The notes beneath the pieces were generated by a model. The model worked only from the letters and a program-made list of their open reading frames with translations, had not been told where the DNA came from and made no database searches. Below are positions 1 to 11,162 of a DNA stretch of 64,000 bases, in pieces. The translations under genes and the position numbers were made by a program. Each line of letters begins with the position of its first letter. Position 1 is the first letter of the stretch. The stretch comes from an uncultured Chloroflexia bacterium (GTDB lineage Bacteria; Chloroflexota; Limnocylindria; Limnocylindrales; CSP1-4), in NCBI GenBank assembly GCA_963734535.1, contig CAVTHS010000003.1, forward strand, positions 320,001 through 384,000. Direction: 5' to 3'.

Positions 1-2
1 CG

Positions 3-245
3 ATCGCCGGCGGCACACCCGGATCCCTCTCCGTTGAGGACACGCCGCTCTCGGACCCGGTCGAGGTCGTCGCGATCGGCAACGCGGCCACGATGACGGG
101 GACGCTCACCCGGGCCGGGGGGCTCGTGGCGCAGGAGATGGCAACGAACCAGGGCCTCGCGATCGAGGTCACGCCGGCGGACCGGGTCCAGGTCCCGGCC
201 ACGGCGCGCGACCTCACGCCGCGGGTCGCCAAGCCCCGCCTTTGA
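3..245 (+). CDS. DUF881-like protein, C-terminal part (5' truncated by window)
   Basis: Open frame from position 3, ...DPVEVVAIGNAATMTGTLTRAGG...VQVPA, ending TGA 243-245; resembles DUF881 C-terminus. Confidence 0.55.
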   Translation: MAGGTPGSLSVEDTPLSDPVEVVAIGNAATMTGTLTRAGGLVAQEMATNQGLAIEVTPADRVQVPATARDLTPRVAKPRL

Positions 246-389
246 GCCGGGACCTCCGGGTGTTCCAGCGGCCGACGTCCGGGCCCCGGGAGATCGCTGC
301 ACACGTCAGGCTGCCCCCATGTCCGGCGGCCGGGCGCCCCGCGTCCGGCTGGTGCTACCCTCGCGGTCGATGCACGCGATCCGCACGCC

Positions 390-602
390 ATGACCCCGCC
401 CATCCCATTCCGCCTGGGTGATCGGATCGAGCTCCGTCGACCGCACCCGTGCGGGGGCCGAACGTGGGACGTCGACCGCCTGGGAGCTGACCTGGGACTC
501 CGCTGCGCCACGTGCGCCCGGCGCATCCTCCTCGAGCGCCGCCAGGTCGAGCGCCGCCTGGTGGCATTCGTCGTCCGCGGAGCCGAGGACGGCGGATCAT
601 GA
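390..602 (+). CDS. DUF951 family small protein
   Basis: GDRIELRRPHPCG...W...RLGADLGLRCATC pattern. Confidence 0.85.
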   Translation: MTPPIPFRLGDRIELRRPHPCGGRTWDVDRLGADLGLRCATCARRILLERRQVERRLVAFVVRGAEDGGS

Positions 603-1984
603 TCGAGCTCCCGCGCCCGACCGAGGCACCGGCGTCGGCGATCGCCGTCTTCGGGAACCGCCCCTTCCTGATCCTGTGGCTCTCGCAGGTCGCGACGCAG
701 GTGGGCGGCAACATGGTCCTCTACGGCCTCACGGTCCTCGTCTTCACCGCGTCCGGCTCGAACAGCGCGGTCTCCATCCTGCTGATCAGCTTCCTGGCGC
801 CTGCCGTCATCTTCGGCGCCGTCGCGGGCGTCTACGTGGACCGCTTCGATCGTCGCCTCGTGCTCGTCGCGACCAGCCTCGTCCGCGCGGTCCTGTTCTT
901 CTTCCTCGCGCTCGTGGGCACGAATGTGGGCGTGATCCTCCTGCTGAACCTGATGGTCTCCATCGCCACCACGTTCTTTGCCCCGGCTGAGCTCAGCGTG
1001 ATCCCGCGGGTCGTCCCCCGAAGCCAGCTCACGGCGGCGAATGGCATCTTCACGCTCACGCTCAACGCGGCATTCGCGATCGGCTACACGGTCCTCGGGC
1101 CCCTGGTGGTCTCGATCGCGGGCCCCACGATCCTCATCAGCGTGGTGGCCGTCCTGTACCTGGTTTCGGCGGTTCTCTGCTGGACCCTTGCGCCGGCACC
1201 CCCGCTGCCGCTGCCCGCCGGTCACGCCACGCTGCACGACGCGGGGGTGGCGGTGAGCTCCGTGTTCGGCCAGTTCCGCGAGGGCATCCTCTACGTGCGC
1301 GCAAACCCGACCGTCTCGTGGGCGCTGACCTACCTGGGAGTGGCGGCATCGATCGTCGGGGTCCTCGGCGCGCTCGGGCCCGGGTTCGCGGTCCACGTCC
1401 TGGGCCTCACGTCGAAGGACTTCGTGGTCGTCGTGCTGCCGCTGGGGTTCGGCGTCGTCGCCGGGGTCCTCCTCGTGAACGCGATCCGCAGCATGATCCC
1501 GCGCCGGCGGGTCATCGAGATCGGCCTCGTCACCCTGGGGGTCTGCCTCGTCCTCATCACGATCGCGAACCCGATCAGCCAGCTCCTCCAGCGTGTCAGC
1601 GCAGCCCAGCCGGTGGTGGACGCATCGGCGCTCGTCTCGGTGATCTCGGTCGTGGTGTCGATCGCCTTCATCGCCGGGATCGCCTACGCGACGATCGCGA
1701 TCCCGGCCCAGACGGAGCTCCAGGAGGTGATCCCGGAGGATGTCCGCGGCCGGGTGTTCGGGATCCTGAACACGCTGGTCTCGATCGCGAGCTTCCTGCC
1801 GATCATCATCGTCGGGCCCGTCTCGGACGCGTTCGGCCCCGCGCCCGTGCTCCTGGCCGCCGCGGGCCTGGTCGGCCTGAGCGGCGTCGGCTCGATCGTC
1901 TTCAGGGGGCGCCCCCCACGGACGCCACCGGCCACCCCGGACGACGAAAGCCAGGTTCCCGGCCCCTCGCCCGACGAGCCTTGA
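599..1984 (+). CDS. MFS transporter
   Basis: About 12 hydrophobic segments, motif A GVYVDRFDRR; ATG 599 overlaps upstream stop (ATGA). Confidence 0.9.
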   Translation: MIELPRPTEAPASAIAVFGNRPFLILWLSQVATQVGGNMVLYGLTVLVFTASGSNSAVSILLISFLAPAVIFGAVAGVYVDRFDRRLVLVATSLVRAVLFFFLALVGTNVGVILLLNLMVSIATTFFAPAELSVIPRVVPRSQLTAANGIFTLTLNAAFAIGYTVLGPLVVSIAGPTILISVVAVLYLVSAVLCWTLAPAPPLPLPAGHATLHDAGVAVSSVFGQFREGILYVRANPTVSWALTYLGVAASIVGVLGALGPGFAVHVLGLTSKDFVVVVLPLGFGVVAGVLLVNAIRSMIPRRRVIEIGLVTLGVCLVLITIANPISQLLQRVSAAQPVVDASALVSVISVVVSIAFIAGIAYATIAIPAQTELQEVIPEDVRGRVFGILNTLVSIASFLPIIIVGPVSDAFGPAPVLLAAAGLVGLSGVGSIVFRGRPPRTPPATPDDESQVPGPSPDEP

Positions 1985-2985
1985 TCCGGACGAGGACCCC
2001 GATCCCGCGGGTCGCGGTGATCTTCACCGGCGGGACGATCAGCATGCGCTTCGATTCCGCGGCCGGCGGGGCCGTCCCGGTGCTCGGGGGCACGGACCTC
2101 CTTGCCCTTGCTCCCGGCATCGAGGCGATCGCGGAGATCGACCCGGTCGACCGCGGGCGGACCCCCGCCAGCCACTTCTCGTTCGCGGACGTCCTGGCGA
2201 TCGGCGCCGCGGTCGAGGCGGCCCTGGTGGATCCGAGCGTCGCCGGCGTGGTGGTGGTCCAGGGGACCGACACGCTGGAGGAGACGGCCTTCGCCTGGGA
2301 CCTTTGCCACGGGGACCCACGGCCGGTCGTCGTGACGGGCGCGATGCGCAACGCAAGCGATGCCGGCTGGGATGGTCCGGCGAACCTCCGCGGTGCCGTG
2401 CGGGTCGCGGTCCACCCGGCGGCCCGGGGCGCAGGCGTGCTCGTGGTCCTTGCCGGGCGGGTCATCGCGGCCGACGACGTGGCCAAGCGCCACAGCACGG
2501 CGCTCGATGCCTTTGCGAGTCGTGCCGGCCGGCCACTCGGAAGGGCAGGGGAGCGGCGCGTCTCCCTCGGCCCGCGGGGACCCCGACGCCACCTTGACCC
2601 CGTGCCGGCCGCGCCCGGTGGCCCCGTCGAGATCGTGACCGCTGCCCTGGACACGGACGGCCGCGCCCTCGATCGTGCGGTCGCGGCCGGGGCGCGCGCC
2701 GCGGTGGTCGCGGCGACCGGGTCCGGCAACACGCACCCTGACCTCCTGCGCGCCGCCGTCGACGCGATGTCCGCGGGAATCCCGGTGGCCCTCGCGAGCC
2801 GGACGGGCGCCGGTCCCGTCGGTCCGTTCTACGCGTTTCCGGGGGGCGGCACAACGTGGCAGCGCGCCGGCATCCTCATGGCGGGCTCGCTCACCCCGAT
2901 CCAGGCGCGCGTCGCGCTCGCGCTGGGCCTGGGGGCCGGGCTGCCGATGGAAGGGCTCCGGGCTCTCCTGGCGGACCCTGCCTGA
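1981..2985 (+). CDS. L-asparaginase
   Basis: FTGGTISM and QGTDTLEE catalytic Thr motifs, TGAMR; TTG start overlapping the MFS stop (start uncertain). Confidence 0.88.
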   Translation: MIRTRTPIPRVAVIFTGGTISMRFDSAAGGAVPVLGGTDLLALAPGIEAIAEIDPVDRGRTPASHFSFADVLAIGAAVEAALVDPSVAGVVVVQGTDTLEETAFAWDLCHGDPRPVVVTGAMRNASDAGWDGPANLRGAVRVAVHPAARGAGVLVVLAGRVIAADDVAKRHSTALDAFASRAGRPLGRAGERRVSLGPRGPRRHLDPVPAAPGGPVEIVTAALDTDGRALDRAVAAGARAAVVAATGSGNTHPDLLRAAVDAMSAGIPVALASRTGAGPVGPFYAFPGGGTTWQRAGILMAGSLTPIQARVALALGLGAGLPMEGLRALLADPA

Positions 2986-3050
2986 CGCCGCCCACGGGAC
3001 GAGCGCGGCACGCTATCCTCGCCCCCGAGTCTCACCCCAGGAGGACCCAC

Positions 3051-3386
3051 GTGACCAGCGGCATGACCCCGGCGAAACACGAGCTGAACCACCGCCTCGA
3101 GACCATCAGCTGGGGCCTGTTCCTGATCATGCTTGGCGGCTTTGCGCTGCTCCCGTCGGTGAAGGAGGGCACCTGGCTGATCGGCGCGGGCGTGATCATG
3201 CTGGGCCTGAACGCCGTCCGCCTCGCGCTCGGCATCCGGACCAGCGGGTTCACGGTGATCCTGGGGACGGTTGCGCTCCTGGCCGGCATCGGGAGCGTCT
3301 ACGGCGTCGACATCCCGGTCGGACCGCTGCTCATCATCCTGATCGGGCTCGCGATCATCGTCCGCGCGCTCGACCGCTCGCGCTGA
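3051..3386 (+). CDS. Small 4-TM membrane protein
   Basis: AGGAGG SD before GTG 3051; four hydrophobic helices. Confidence 0.75.
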   Translation: MTSGMTPAKHELNHRLETISWGLFLIMLGGFALLPSVKEGTWLIGAGVIMLGLNAVRLALGIRTSGFTVILGTVALLAGIGSVYGVDIPVGPLLIILIGLAIIVRALDRSR

Positions 3387-3452
3387 CGGACCCGCTGACG
3401 GTCGCGCCCTTCCCGGGCGGACCGGCGATGTCCGGCGCGATCGCGGATGGGC

Positions 3453-6218
3453 TCAGCGAGGCAGCGGCAGCTCGATCCGGATCTTCGCGTCGATCACGAC
3501 CGCACCCTGCTCCAGCACCATCAGCGGGCTGCAGTCCATCTCGACGATCTCGGGGTGCGCCTCCACCATCGCGCTGACGCGGAGGAGCGTCTCCTCGAGG
3601 GCGGCGACATCGGCGCGCGGCGCGCTCCGATAGCCGTCGAGCAGCGGGAACGTGGCGAGCGACCGGATCATCTCCCGCGCGTCCCGGTCGGTCAGCGGGG
3701 TGATGCGCACGGCGACGTCCCGCAGCAGCTCGACCTCGGCACCGCCTGCGCCGCACGCGATGACCGGTCCGAACAGCCGGTCGTGGACGACGCCGACGAG
3801 CATCTCCACGCCGCCGGCCACCATCTGCTGGACGAAGAAGCGCTCGACCGGGTGCCCGGCGGCGGCGAGCGTCGCCGCCATGCCGCGCGCAGCCTCCTCG
3901 ACCGCGGCAGCTCCCTCGAGGGAGAGCATCACGGCGCGTGCCTCGGCCTTGTGGACGATCCCGGTCGCGACGGCCTTCAGGGCGACCGGCCCGCCGATCT
4001 CGGCCGCCGCGCGCCCGGCATCCTCGGCCGTGTCCACGAGACGCCAGCTCGCCGTGGGGATCCCGTAGCACTCCAACAGGCGGGCGACCTCGTCCGGTCG
4101 CAGCCAGCGCGAACGGCCGTTCCCCGGGGTGCCTGCGATGGACGAGCCGGCCAGCGTCCCTCCCGCGCCGGGCTCGCCCGGGTCGATCTGCGCCAGGGCG
4201 GCGGCCAGCGCCGCTGCTGCCTGGTCCTCGCGGAGGTCGGCGAAGTGAGGGACGCTGCCGAGCGGCGCCGCCCGCCATTCGGCGTAGCGCACGGCGTGGG
4301 CGAGCGCCCGGGCCGCCTCCTCCGGGTAGCTGTACGCGGGCACCTTGACGGGGCCATCGCGAAGGGCGCGCGGCCCCCCTTCGGCCGACATGAACACGGT
4401 GAGCACGGGGACCGGCCGCGGAAGGTCCAGCACGGCGTCGCGGATCGCGGCCGCCACGTCCTCGGTCTTCGTGACCAGCGGGGGGACGAACAGGACGATG
4501 ATCGCGTCGATCCCCTCCCAGGCGGCGAGGACCTCGATGGCGCGGCGAAACGCGTCCGGTGTCCCTTCGATCGTGTCCACGGGATTGCCGAGGGCTGCCT
4601 CGGCGGGCAGGAACTCCGCGAGCGCAGCTCGGACCTCGGCGGGCAGCGCCGGCACGACCAGGCCGTCCGCGTCGCAGGCATCGGCGGCCAGGATCCCCGG
4701 GCCGCCGCCGTTCGTGAGGATCGCGACCCGCCGCCCGGCGGGAAGCGGCTGGTTCGCGAGCAGGGAGGCCACGTCGAAGAACTCGCCCAGCGTGTCGGTT
4801 CGAACGACGCCTGCCTGGTGGAAGAGGGCCTCGACGGTCACGTCCGACGCGCCGATCAGCGCCCCGGTGTGCGAGGACGTGGCCCGCGCCCCGGCGGCCG
4901 ACCGGCCGCTCTTGACGGCGATGATCGGTTTGCTGCGCCCGACCCGTCGCGCGATCCGGGCGAACTTGCGGGGGTTTCCCACCGACTCGAGGTAGAGGGC
5001 AAGGACCGCGCTGGCCGGGTCGTCCTCCCAGTACTGGAGGAAGTCGTTGCCCGAGAGGTCGGCCTTGTTGCCGATCGAGATGAAGCTGGAGAGGCCGAGC
5101 CCCAGGCGGTTGGCGTGCTCGATGATCGCCAGGCCGAGGGCGCCGCTCTGCGACAGGAAGCCGACCCGGCCGCCGATCGGCGCGGTCGGCGAGAACGTCG
5201 CGTTCATGCTCACCGACGGCGCGAGGTTGATGACGCCCATGCAGTTCGGCCCGACGAGGCGCATCCCCGCCTGGCGACAGACGGCGAGGAGCTCCCGTTG
5301 CCGGGCGATGCCCTCCCCGCCGATCTCCGCGAACCCGGGCGAGACGACGACGATCGTCTTGACGCCCTTGCCTGCGCAGCCGCGGGCGACGTCCACGGCC
5401 GAGGTCGCCGGGACCACGAGCACCGCGAGGTCCACGGGGCCGGGGATGTCGCCGATCGCGCGGTAGGCTGCCACCGACTGGACGACGTCGGCATTGGGGT
5501 TGACGGGATAGACCGGCCCGGTGAAGCCGCCGCTCAACAGGTTGTGGAAGAGCTCGCCGCCGATGGTCCCGCGGCGGCGCGACGCCCCCACCACGGCCAC
5601 CGAGGCGGGGTAGAGCAGGCCGTGAACCGCCGCGGCGGCCGCGATCTGCTCGCGGCGCTCGAAGCGCTCGCGTGCCGGGCCGGTGAGCGCGGTCGGGAAC
5701 TCCACGAGGACGGCCCCCGGCTCGGCTCGCAGGCGCGTCGGGAAGCCGCTCTCGTGGAAGACCCGGAGCATCCGGCCGTTCTCGGCCAGGACGTCGGCGG
5801 AGAACGTGGAGATGCCCGCCTCCTGCGCCCGCTCGGCGAGCTCCTCGAGCAGCAGCGTCGCGATGCCACGGCCCTGCAGCTCGTCGGCCACGATGAACGC
5901 GACTTCCGCCGAGTCCGGCCCGATCCGGTCGTAGCTGGCGTGGGCGATGATCCGGTCGGCGATCCCGGTCTCGGCAACCAGCGAGCAGCCTGCCGGGTCG
6001 GCAGGAGCTGCCCACCGGAGCGCCTGGGCCTCCAGGTCCGAGACAAGGCCGGCGAAGCGCATGCGGCGCGACTCGGGGGCAAGCCCGGTGAGGAAGGCCA
6101 CGAGCGCCGGCTCGTCCTCCGGGCGCGCCGGGCGAATGCGGATCGCCGACCCGTCCCGGAGGATGGTGTCGCGCGCGCGGTCCCGTGAAGTCGCGGTGCT
6201 CATGGCGTTGCCTGCCAT
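3453..6218 (-). CDS. Pat-type protein lysine acetyltransferase (N-terminal GNAT fused to NDP-forming acyl-CoA synthetase domains)
   Basis: LRDG..IRIRP and VADELQGRGIAT GNAT motifs; GPNCMG, SQSG, SHTGAL, ATP-grasp C-terminus; start 6218 or 6203. Confidence 0.9.
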   Translation of the reverse strand: MAGNAMSTATSRDRARDTILRDGSAIRIRPARPEDEPALVAFLTGLAPESRRMRFAGLVSDLEAQALRWAAPADPAGCSLVAETGIADRIIAHASYDRIGPDSAEVAFIVADELQGRGIATLLLEELAERAQEAGISTFSADVLAENGRMLRVFHESGFPTRLRAEPGAVLVEFPTALTGPARERFERREQIAAAAAVHGLLYPASVAVVGASRRRGTIGGELFHNLLSGGFTGPVYPVNPNADVVQSVAAYRAIGDIPGPVDLAVLVVPATSAVDVARGCAGKGVKTIVVVSPGFAEIGGEGIARQRELLAVCRQAGMRLVGPNCMGVINLAPSVSMNATFSPTAPIGGRVGFLSQSGALGLAIIEHANRLGLGLSSFISIGNKADLSGNDFLQYWEDDPASAVLALYLESVGNPRKFARIARRVGRSKPIIAVKSGRSAAGARATSSHTGALIGASDVTVEALFHQAGVVRTDTLGEFFDVASLLANQPLPAGRRVAILTNGGGPGILAADACDADGLVVPALPAEVRAALAEFLPAEAALGNPVDTIEGTPDAFRRAIEVLAAWEGIDAIIVLFVPPLVTKTEDVAAAIRDAVLDLPRPVPVLTVFMSAEGGPRALRDGPVKVPAYSYPEEAARALAHAVRYAEWRAAPLGSVPHFADLREDQAAAALAAALAQIDPGEPGAGGTLAGSSIAGTPGNGRSRWLRPDEVARLLECYGIPTASWRLVDTAEDAGRAAAEIGGPVALKAVATGIVHKAEARAVMLSLEGAAAVEEAARGMAATLAAAGHPVERFFVQQMVAGGVEMLVGVVHDRLFGPVIACGAGGAEVELLRDVAVRITPLTDRDAREMIRSLATFPLLDGYRSAPRADVAALEETLLRVSAMVEAHPEIVEMDCSPLMVLEQGAVVIDAKIRIELPLPR

Positions 6219-6331
6219 TCTCCGGCAGCGCGACCCATCTCGCTATAGTCTCGCGACATCGGTCGAGGCGCTCCGCTCGCGGTGGCCGACCCCGGTCCGC
6301 ATGGCCAGCGAAGGAGCGAAACCGAGCGCCC

Positions 6332-7510
6332 GTGCACGACACGAATGCAGAACGTGCCCAGCCCCTGGTGGTCTACGGCGCGGCTTCTCTCCACTACGAT
6401 TTCGGCAGCCACCACCCGCTGACGCCGCGGCGATTCGGTCCCGGGATCGACCTCCTGCGCGTCCTCGGCGCCGACCGCTTCCTGGCCCCGGCGGCGGTCC
6501 CGGACTCCCAGCTCGAGCGCGTGCACGACCCGGAATACGTGGCGACGGTGCGGATGCTGTCCGAGTACCCCGACGTCGGCCCGCAGGCTGGCTTCGCATC
6601 GTGGGGGGACGATCCGCCCTTCTACGGCATGCACGAGGCGGCGGCCGCAGTGGCCGGCGGATCGCTGGCCGCGATGGAGCGGATCCTGGACGGGGAGGAG
6701 GTCCACGTCTTCCATCCGGGCGGCGGCCTCCATCACGCGATGCCCGGTCGTGCCAGCGGGTTCTGCATCTACAACGACGTTGCGCTGGCCATCGGTCGGG
6801 CCAGGGACGCCGGTCACCGGGTGCTCTACGTGGACCTCGACGTCCACCATGGCGACGGCGTCGAAGCGATCTTCTGGAACGACCCCAAGGTCCTGACCGT
6901 CTCGCTCCACGAGACGGGCCACTCGCTCTTCCCGGGAACCGGCTTCGTCGACGACCGTGGCGGTCCCCGGGCGCACGGGGCCGCCGTCAACGTTCCCCTC
7001 GAGCCGGGCACGGCCGACGCGTCCTGGCTCGAGGCGCTCGAGATGCTGCTCGCGCCGCTCGCCGCCGCGTTCCGGCCGACCATCCTGGTCAGCCAGCACG
7101 GCTGCGACAGCCACCTCCTGGATCCGCTTGCACACCTGCGCCTGGGCACGGGGGCGATCTCTCGTGCCGCCCGGCTGCTCGACGGGCTCGCTCACGAGCA
7201 CACATCAGGGCGCTGGCTGGCGACCGGCGGTGGGGGTTACGACGTCTATCGCGTCGTCCCGCGCGCCTGGGGGCTGGTCTGGCTGGCACTGGCCCATCGG
7301 GACGTCCCGTCCGGCACGCCGGGGGCGTGGCGATCACGCTGGGCCGCCGACGCGGCGTCGCATCGGCAGGGTCCGCCGCCGGAAGCATGGATCGATCCGC
7401 CGGGGCTCGCGCCCCTGGAGTCGCCCGACCTCGCCGTGCGTAATCGCGAGGTGGCCCGGTCCGCGCTCGCCGGGGCGCTCACTGCCCTCGCCGCCTCGGA
7501 CGCCGGCTGA
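6332..7510 (+). CDS. acuC: AcuC-like Zn-dependent (HDAC family) protein deacetylase
   Basis: [37 protein letters not shown] motifs. Confidence 0.9.
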   Translation: MHDTNAERAQPLVVYGAASLHYDFGSHHPLTPRRFGPGIDLLRVLGADRFLAPAAVPDSQLERVHDPEYVATVRMLSEYPDVGPQAGFASWGDDPPFYGMHEAAAAVAGGSLAAMERILDGEEVHVFHPGGGLHHAMPGRASGFCIYNDVALAIGRARDAGHRVLYVDLDVHHGDGVEAIFWNDPKVLTVSLHETGHSLFPGTGFVDDRGGPRAHGAAVNVPLEPGTADASWLEALEMLLAPLAAAFRPTILVSQHGCDSHLLDPLAHLRLGTGAISRAARLLDGLAHEHTSGRWLATGGGGYDVYRVVPRAWGLVWLALAHRDVPSGTPGAWRSRWAADAASHRQGPPPEAWIDPPGLAPLESPDLAVRNREVARSALAGALTALAASDAG

Positions 7511-7595
7511 GGCCGAACTCCGCCCGCAGCGACCCGGCACGCGCAGCCGGTCCGCGTCCTGCGCGCGGCGTCATCCATGCGTGCGTGCGCACTTC

Positions 7596-7623
7596 TTGAC
7601 ATGGCGACCCGACGGGCTAGTCT
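7596..7623 (+). promoter_or_regulatory. Sigma70-type promoter of acs
   Basis: TTGACA-16 bp-TAGTCT. Confidence 0.6.
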
Positions 7624-7715
7624 TTCGGCGTGGCGCGTCCCGGCGCCCGCGTGCGACGCGTCCCGGCCGCCGGGCCGCGACCCCCAGATCCAGGCCCGTT
7701 GTCGGAGGCGGCTGC

Positions 7716-9683
7716 ATGAGCGCGATCCAGCCCGAGATCGAGGCCCTCTTCGCCGAGCAGCGAGAGTTCGCCCCGCCGCCCGACTTCGCGGCGCAGGCCA
7801 ACGCAACATCCGAGCTCTACCAGCGGGCAGAGCAGGACGTCGAGGCGTTCTGGGCGGCCGAGGCGGAACAGCGCCTCAGCTGGTCGCGCACGTGGGATAC
7901 CGTTCTCGAGTGGGACCTGCCGTACGCGAAGTGGTTCGTGGGCGGCCATCTCAACGCCGCCTACAACTGCGTCGACCGTCACGTGGAGCGCGGCATCGGA
8001 TCGAAGGTCGCGTATTACTGGGAGGGCGAGCCCGGTGACACGCGGACCATTACCTACGCCGAGCTCCAGCGCGAGGTGAACCGCTGCGCCAACGCGCTGA
8101 CGGGGCTCGGCGTGAAGGCTGGCGACCGCGTCGGCATCTACATGCCGATGATCCCGGAGCTGCCGATCGCGATGCTGGCCTGCGCGAAGATCGGCGCTCC
8201 GCACGTCGTCGTCTTCGGCGGGTTCAGCTCCGATGCGCTCGAGGGCCGGATGATCGACGCGGAGGCAGTGGCGCTCATCACCGCGGATGGTGGCTGGCGC
8301 AACGGCAAGGTCCTGGACCTGAAGACGGCCGCGGACGTCGCGGTGAGCAACGCACCCACGATCGCAAGCGTGATCGTCGTTCGGCGGACCGGGCACGCGA
8401 TCCCCATGACCGAAGGCCGGGATCACTGGTGGCACGACCTGGTGGAGCGCCAGTCGGACCAGTGCGAGCCGCTCGCCGTCGATTCCGAGCACCTGCTCTA
8501 CCTGCTCCACACCTCGGGAACGACCGCCAAGCCGAAGGGAATCATGCACACGACCGGCGGCTACCTGGCCGGCGTGAGCACCACCCACCACTACATCTTT
8601 GACCTCAAGCCGGACGACGTGTACTGGTGCGCGGCCGACATCGGCTGGGTCACCGGTCACTCGTACATCGTCTACGGGCCGCTCGCCAACGGGACCACCG
8701 GCCTGCTCTACGAGGGCGCGCCCCAGTTCCCGGATCCCGATCGGTGGTGGTCGATCGTGGAGAAGTACCGGGTCTCGATCCTGTACTGCGCCCCGACGGC
8801 CATCCGCGCCTTCATGAAGCATGGCGACGCATGGCCCGCCAGGCACGACCTCACCTCGCTGCGCCTGCTTGGAACGGTCGGCGAGCCCATCAATCCGGAA
8901 GCCTGGCTGTGGTATCGACGCACCATCGGCGGGGATCGCTGCCCCGTGGTCGACACCTGGTGGCAGACCGAGACCGGGATGATCCTGATCACCCCGCTCC
9001 CGGGGGTCACGACCCTGCGGCCGGGCTCCGCGACGCGACCGTTTCCCGGGGTCGGGGCGAAGGTCGTGGACGCCGATGGGAATGACGTCCCGGACGGATC
9101 GGGTGGGGGATACCTCGTGCTCACGCAGCCGTGGCCCGCCATGGCGCGCGGGATCTACAAGGATCCCGAACGTTTCATGAGCACCTACTGGCGCCGATTC
9201 CCGGGGATGTACTTCGCGGGCGACGGCTGCAAAGTCGATGCCGACGGCTACTTCTGGCTCCTCGGCCGCGTCGACGACGTGATGAAGGTGTCGGGCCACC
9301 GGATCAGCACGATCGAGGTCGAATCGGCGCTCGTCGACCACCCTGCCGTCGCCGAGGCGGCGGTGGTGGGGCGGGCCGATCCGGTCACCGGCGAGGCGAT
9401 CTCGGCGTTCGTCATCCTGAAGTCGCACATCGAGGCGAGCGAGGGGCTCGCCGCGGAGCTCCGCGAGCATGTCGCCCACCGGATCGGAGCAATCGCCCGG
9501 CCGAAGATGCTGCTGTTCACCCCGGAGCTGCCAAAGACGCGGTCCGGCAAGATCATGCGGCGGCTGCTGCGGGACATCGCGGAGCATCGGGCCCTCGGCG
9601 ACGTGACCACGCTGGCGGACGCGGGGATCGTGGAGACGATCCGGGTGAAGGCCGACTCGAAGGACGCCGACCAGCTCGTCTGA
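7716..9683 (+). CDS. acs: Acetyl-CoA synthetase (AMP-forming)
   Basis: [30 protein letters not shown] (acetylatable Lys); GGAGG SD. Confidence 0.95.
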   Translation: MSAIQPEIEALFAEQREFAPPPDFAAQANATSELYQRAEQDVEAFWAAEAEQRLSWSRTWDTVLEWDLPYAKWFVGGHLNAAYNCVDRHVERGIGSKVAYYWEGEPGDTRTITYAELQREVNRCANALTGLGVKAGDRVGIYMPMIPELPIAMLACAKIGAPHVVVFGGFSSDALEGRMIDAEAVALITADGGWRNGKVLDLKTAADVAVSNAPTIASVIVVRRTGHAIPMTEGRDHWWHDLVERQSDQCEPLAVDSEHLLYLLHTSGTTAKPKGIMHTTGGYLAGVSTTHHYIFDLKPDDVYWCAADIGWVTGHSYIVYGPLANGTTGLLYEGAPQFPDPDRWWSIVEKYRVSILYCAPTAIRAFMKHGDAWPARHDLTSLRLLGTVGEPINPEAWLWYRRTIGGDRCPVVDTWWQTETGMILITPLPGVTTLRPGSATRPFPGVGAKVVDADGNDVPDGSGGGYLVLTQPWPAMARGIYKDPERFMSTYWRRFPGMYFAGDGCKVDADGYFWLLGRVDDVMKVSGHRISTIEVESALVDHPAVAEAAVVGRADPVTGEAISAFVILKSHIEASEGLAAELREHVAHRIGAIARPKMLLFTPELPKTRSGKIMRRLLRDIAEHRALGDVTTLADAGIVETIRVKADSKDADQLV

Positions 9684-10010
9684 CCGGGGACGGCGCCGGT
9701 GGTCGCGGCCAGGCGTGACCACCTTGATGGGCCACCGGGATCGAGCCGCGTCCCGCTTGCTGGCCGTGCACCGGGTGAGCCCTCGGACCGCCGGGGCGTC
9801 CCGGAGCGCCTGACCTGCGTCACGACGTGTACCGCGCGACCGCTGGGCGGTCGTTCGGGTCACGCGGTGAGCAATTTCATCCTGATTGGGGTCCCCGCCG
9901 GTCGCAGGGGTCACTCGGTGCACGCGTCCTCTCGCCGCGCGCCGGCTCTTCAACTCAGCAGGCCCGGGCTCATCCCTGACAATTCCACTGGTGCTCGGCG
10001 TTGTCGGAAC

Positions 10011-10300
10011 CTACGGCGAGGCCACCGCGAACGCCCACGAGGTCCCCGGTGCGATAGCAGCCGACGCCGGGAACGTGATCTGCCCTTGAAGCCGTTCTCG
10101 TCGCCTGTGCCGGTCCACGGGACCCGCTTCAGGTCCTGAGGCGGGATCGCGGTGATGTTGGCCCCGGTCTTCTCGCAGCCCTGGACCGACCCACGCAACG
10201 TCAGCGACGCGGTGCCCTTGAAGCTCGTCTTGCCGGGTGCCGCCTGGGCGCCGACCAGGTCGCCCCGCACCTCGGTCGTGGTCGTGCACCCTCGCAGCTG
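10011..10300 (-). pseudogene. Gene fragment of a possible secreted protein, one frameshift
   Basis: Coding-like frame CTTTTEVRGDLVG...GDENGFKG continues after a frameshift near 10083 as QITFP...VASP*; no clear start. Confidence 0.3.
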
Positions 10301-10369
10301 TCGGGCATCGGCGATGGGTCGATGCCGAGTGCCCCCTGGCCCACGGCGGAGTGAATGGCGCTGGACCCT

Positions 10370-10882
10370 TCACTTTGCGGCCAGAGCCGTGCAGAGGTTG
10401 ACGACCTTTCCCTTGAACGAGTGCGTGACGGTGTTGAAGCCGGCGTCCAGCGTGTCGTGAGTGTGGCCAAGTGCCCACGACAACGACGGACCCGGCGAGT
10501 CCGTCGGGTACAGGTACCCGACGACGACGGTCCCGTCGATCCACACGTCGAGTGTCTTGTCCGCGTGGGTGACGAAGGTCTGGAGGGTTGGCCCTCCGAC
10601 GATCATCGAGGCGCCGGAGGTGATGTCCGTCACGGTCGACCATTGGGGTCCGTATGCGATGACCAGCAGGTCGCCGTTCCGCTGCACGGGAAACGTGAGG
10701 ACGTCCATCCTCGAGCCGTCCTCGACCCACCGGACTGGGAACGTGCACAGGACGCCCGCGTTGAACATGGAGTCGAAGGTCGTCCACCCTTTGGTGTGTG
10801 TCGGCCCGGCGGCGGCCGCGGGTGTGGCCAAGGTGACGACCAGCAGCAGCGCGCTGAGGCCAGCGGCGAGGAAGCGACGCAT
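10370..10882 (-). CDS. Secreted hypothetical protein
   Basis: Signal peptide MRRFLAAGLSALLLVVTLATPAAA; two Cys; GGGAGG SD. Confidence 0.8.
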   Translation of the reverse strand: MRRFLAAGLSALLLVVTLATPAAAAGPTHTKGWTTFDSMFNAGVLCTFPVRWVEDGSRMDVLTFPVQRNGDLLVIAYGPQWSTVTDITSGASMIVGGPTLQTFVTHADKTLDVWIDGTVVVGYLYPTDSPGPSLSWALGHTHDTLDAGFNTVTHSFKGKVVNLCTALAAK

Positions 10883-10904
10883 GGGGACCTCCCGGGACGC
10901 CGTT

Positions 10905-10979
10905 CACGGGTCGGTCTCGCCAGTGGCTCGGCGCGGTCCCGGCGGCCAGAATGTGGGCCGCGTGTCCAAGCCTCCCGCA
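10905..10979 (-). ncRNA. c-di-GMP-II-like riboswitch, copy 1
   Basis: GCGGG-A-GGCUU...CGCGG..UGGCCGCC..CCGCG..GAGCCACUGGCGAGACCGACCCGU; P1/P2/P3 plus pseudoknot; -10-like GATAAT just upstream. Confidence 0.75.
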
Positions 10980-11162
10980 GGCCTTCATTATCCCACCGAG
11001 GGGTAGTCACTCAGTGCACACGACCACCCCCCCCGGTCGCCCGGTGCGCCTCCCATCGTCCGGGCGGAGCGGAGCGCCCAGTGCGGAGCCGAGGGCCTGG
11101 GTCGTCGATGACCCATAGGCGTCTCGAGCGCCCGTCGGGCGGCTCCCGTGCTGGTCCGGCTG

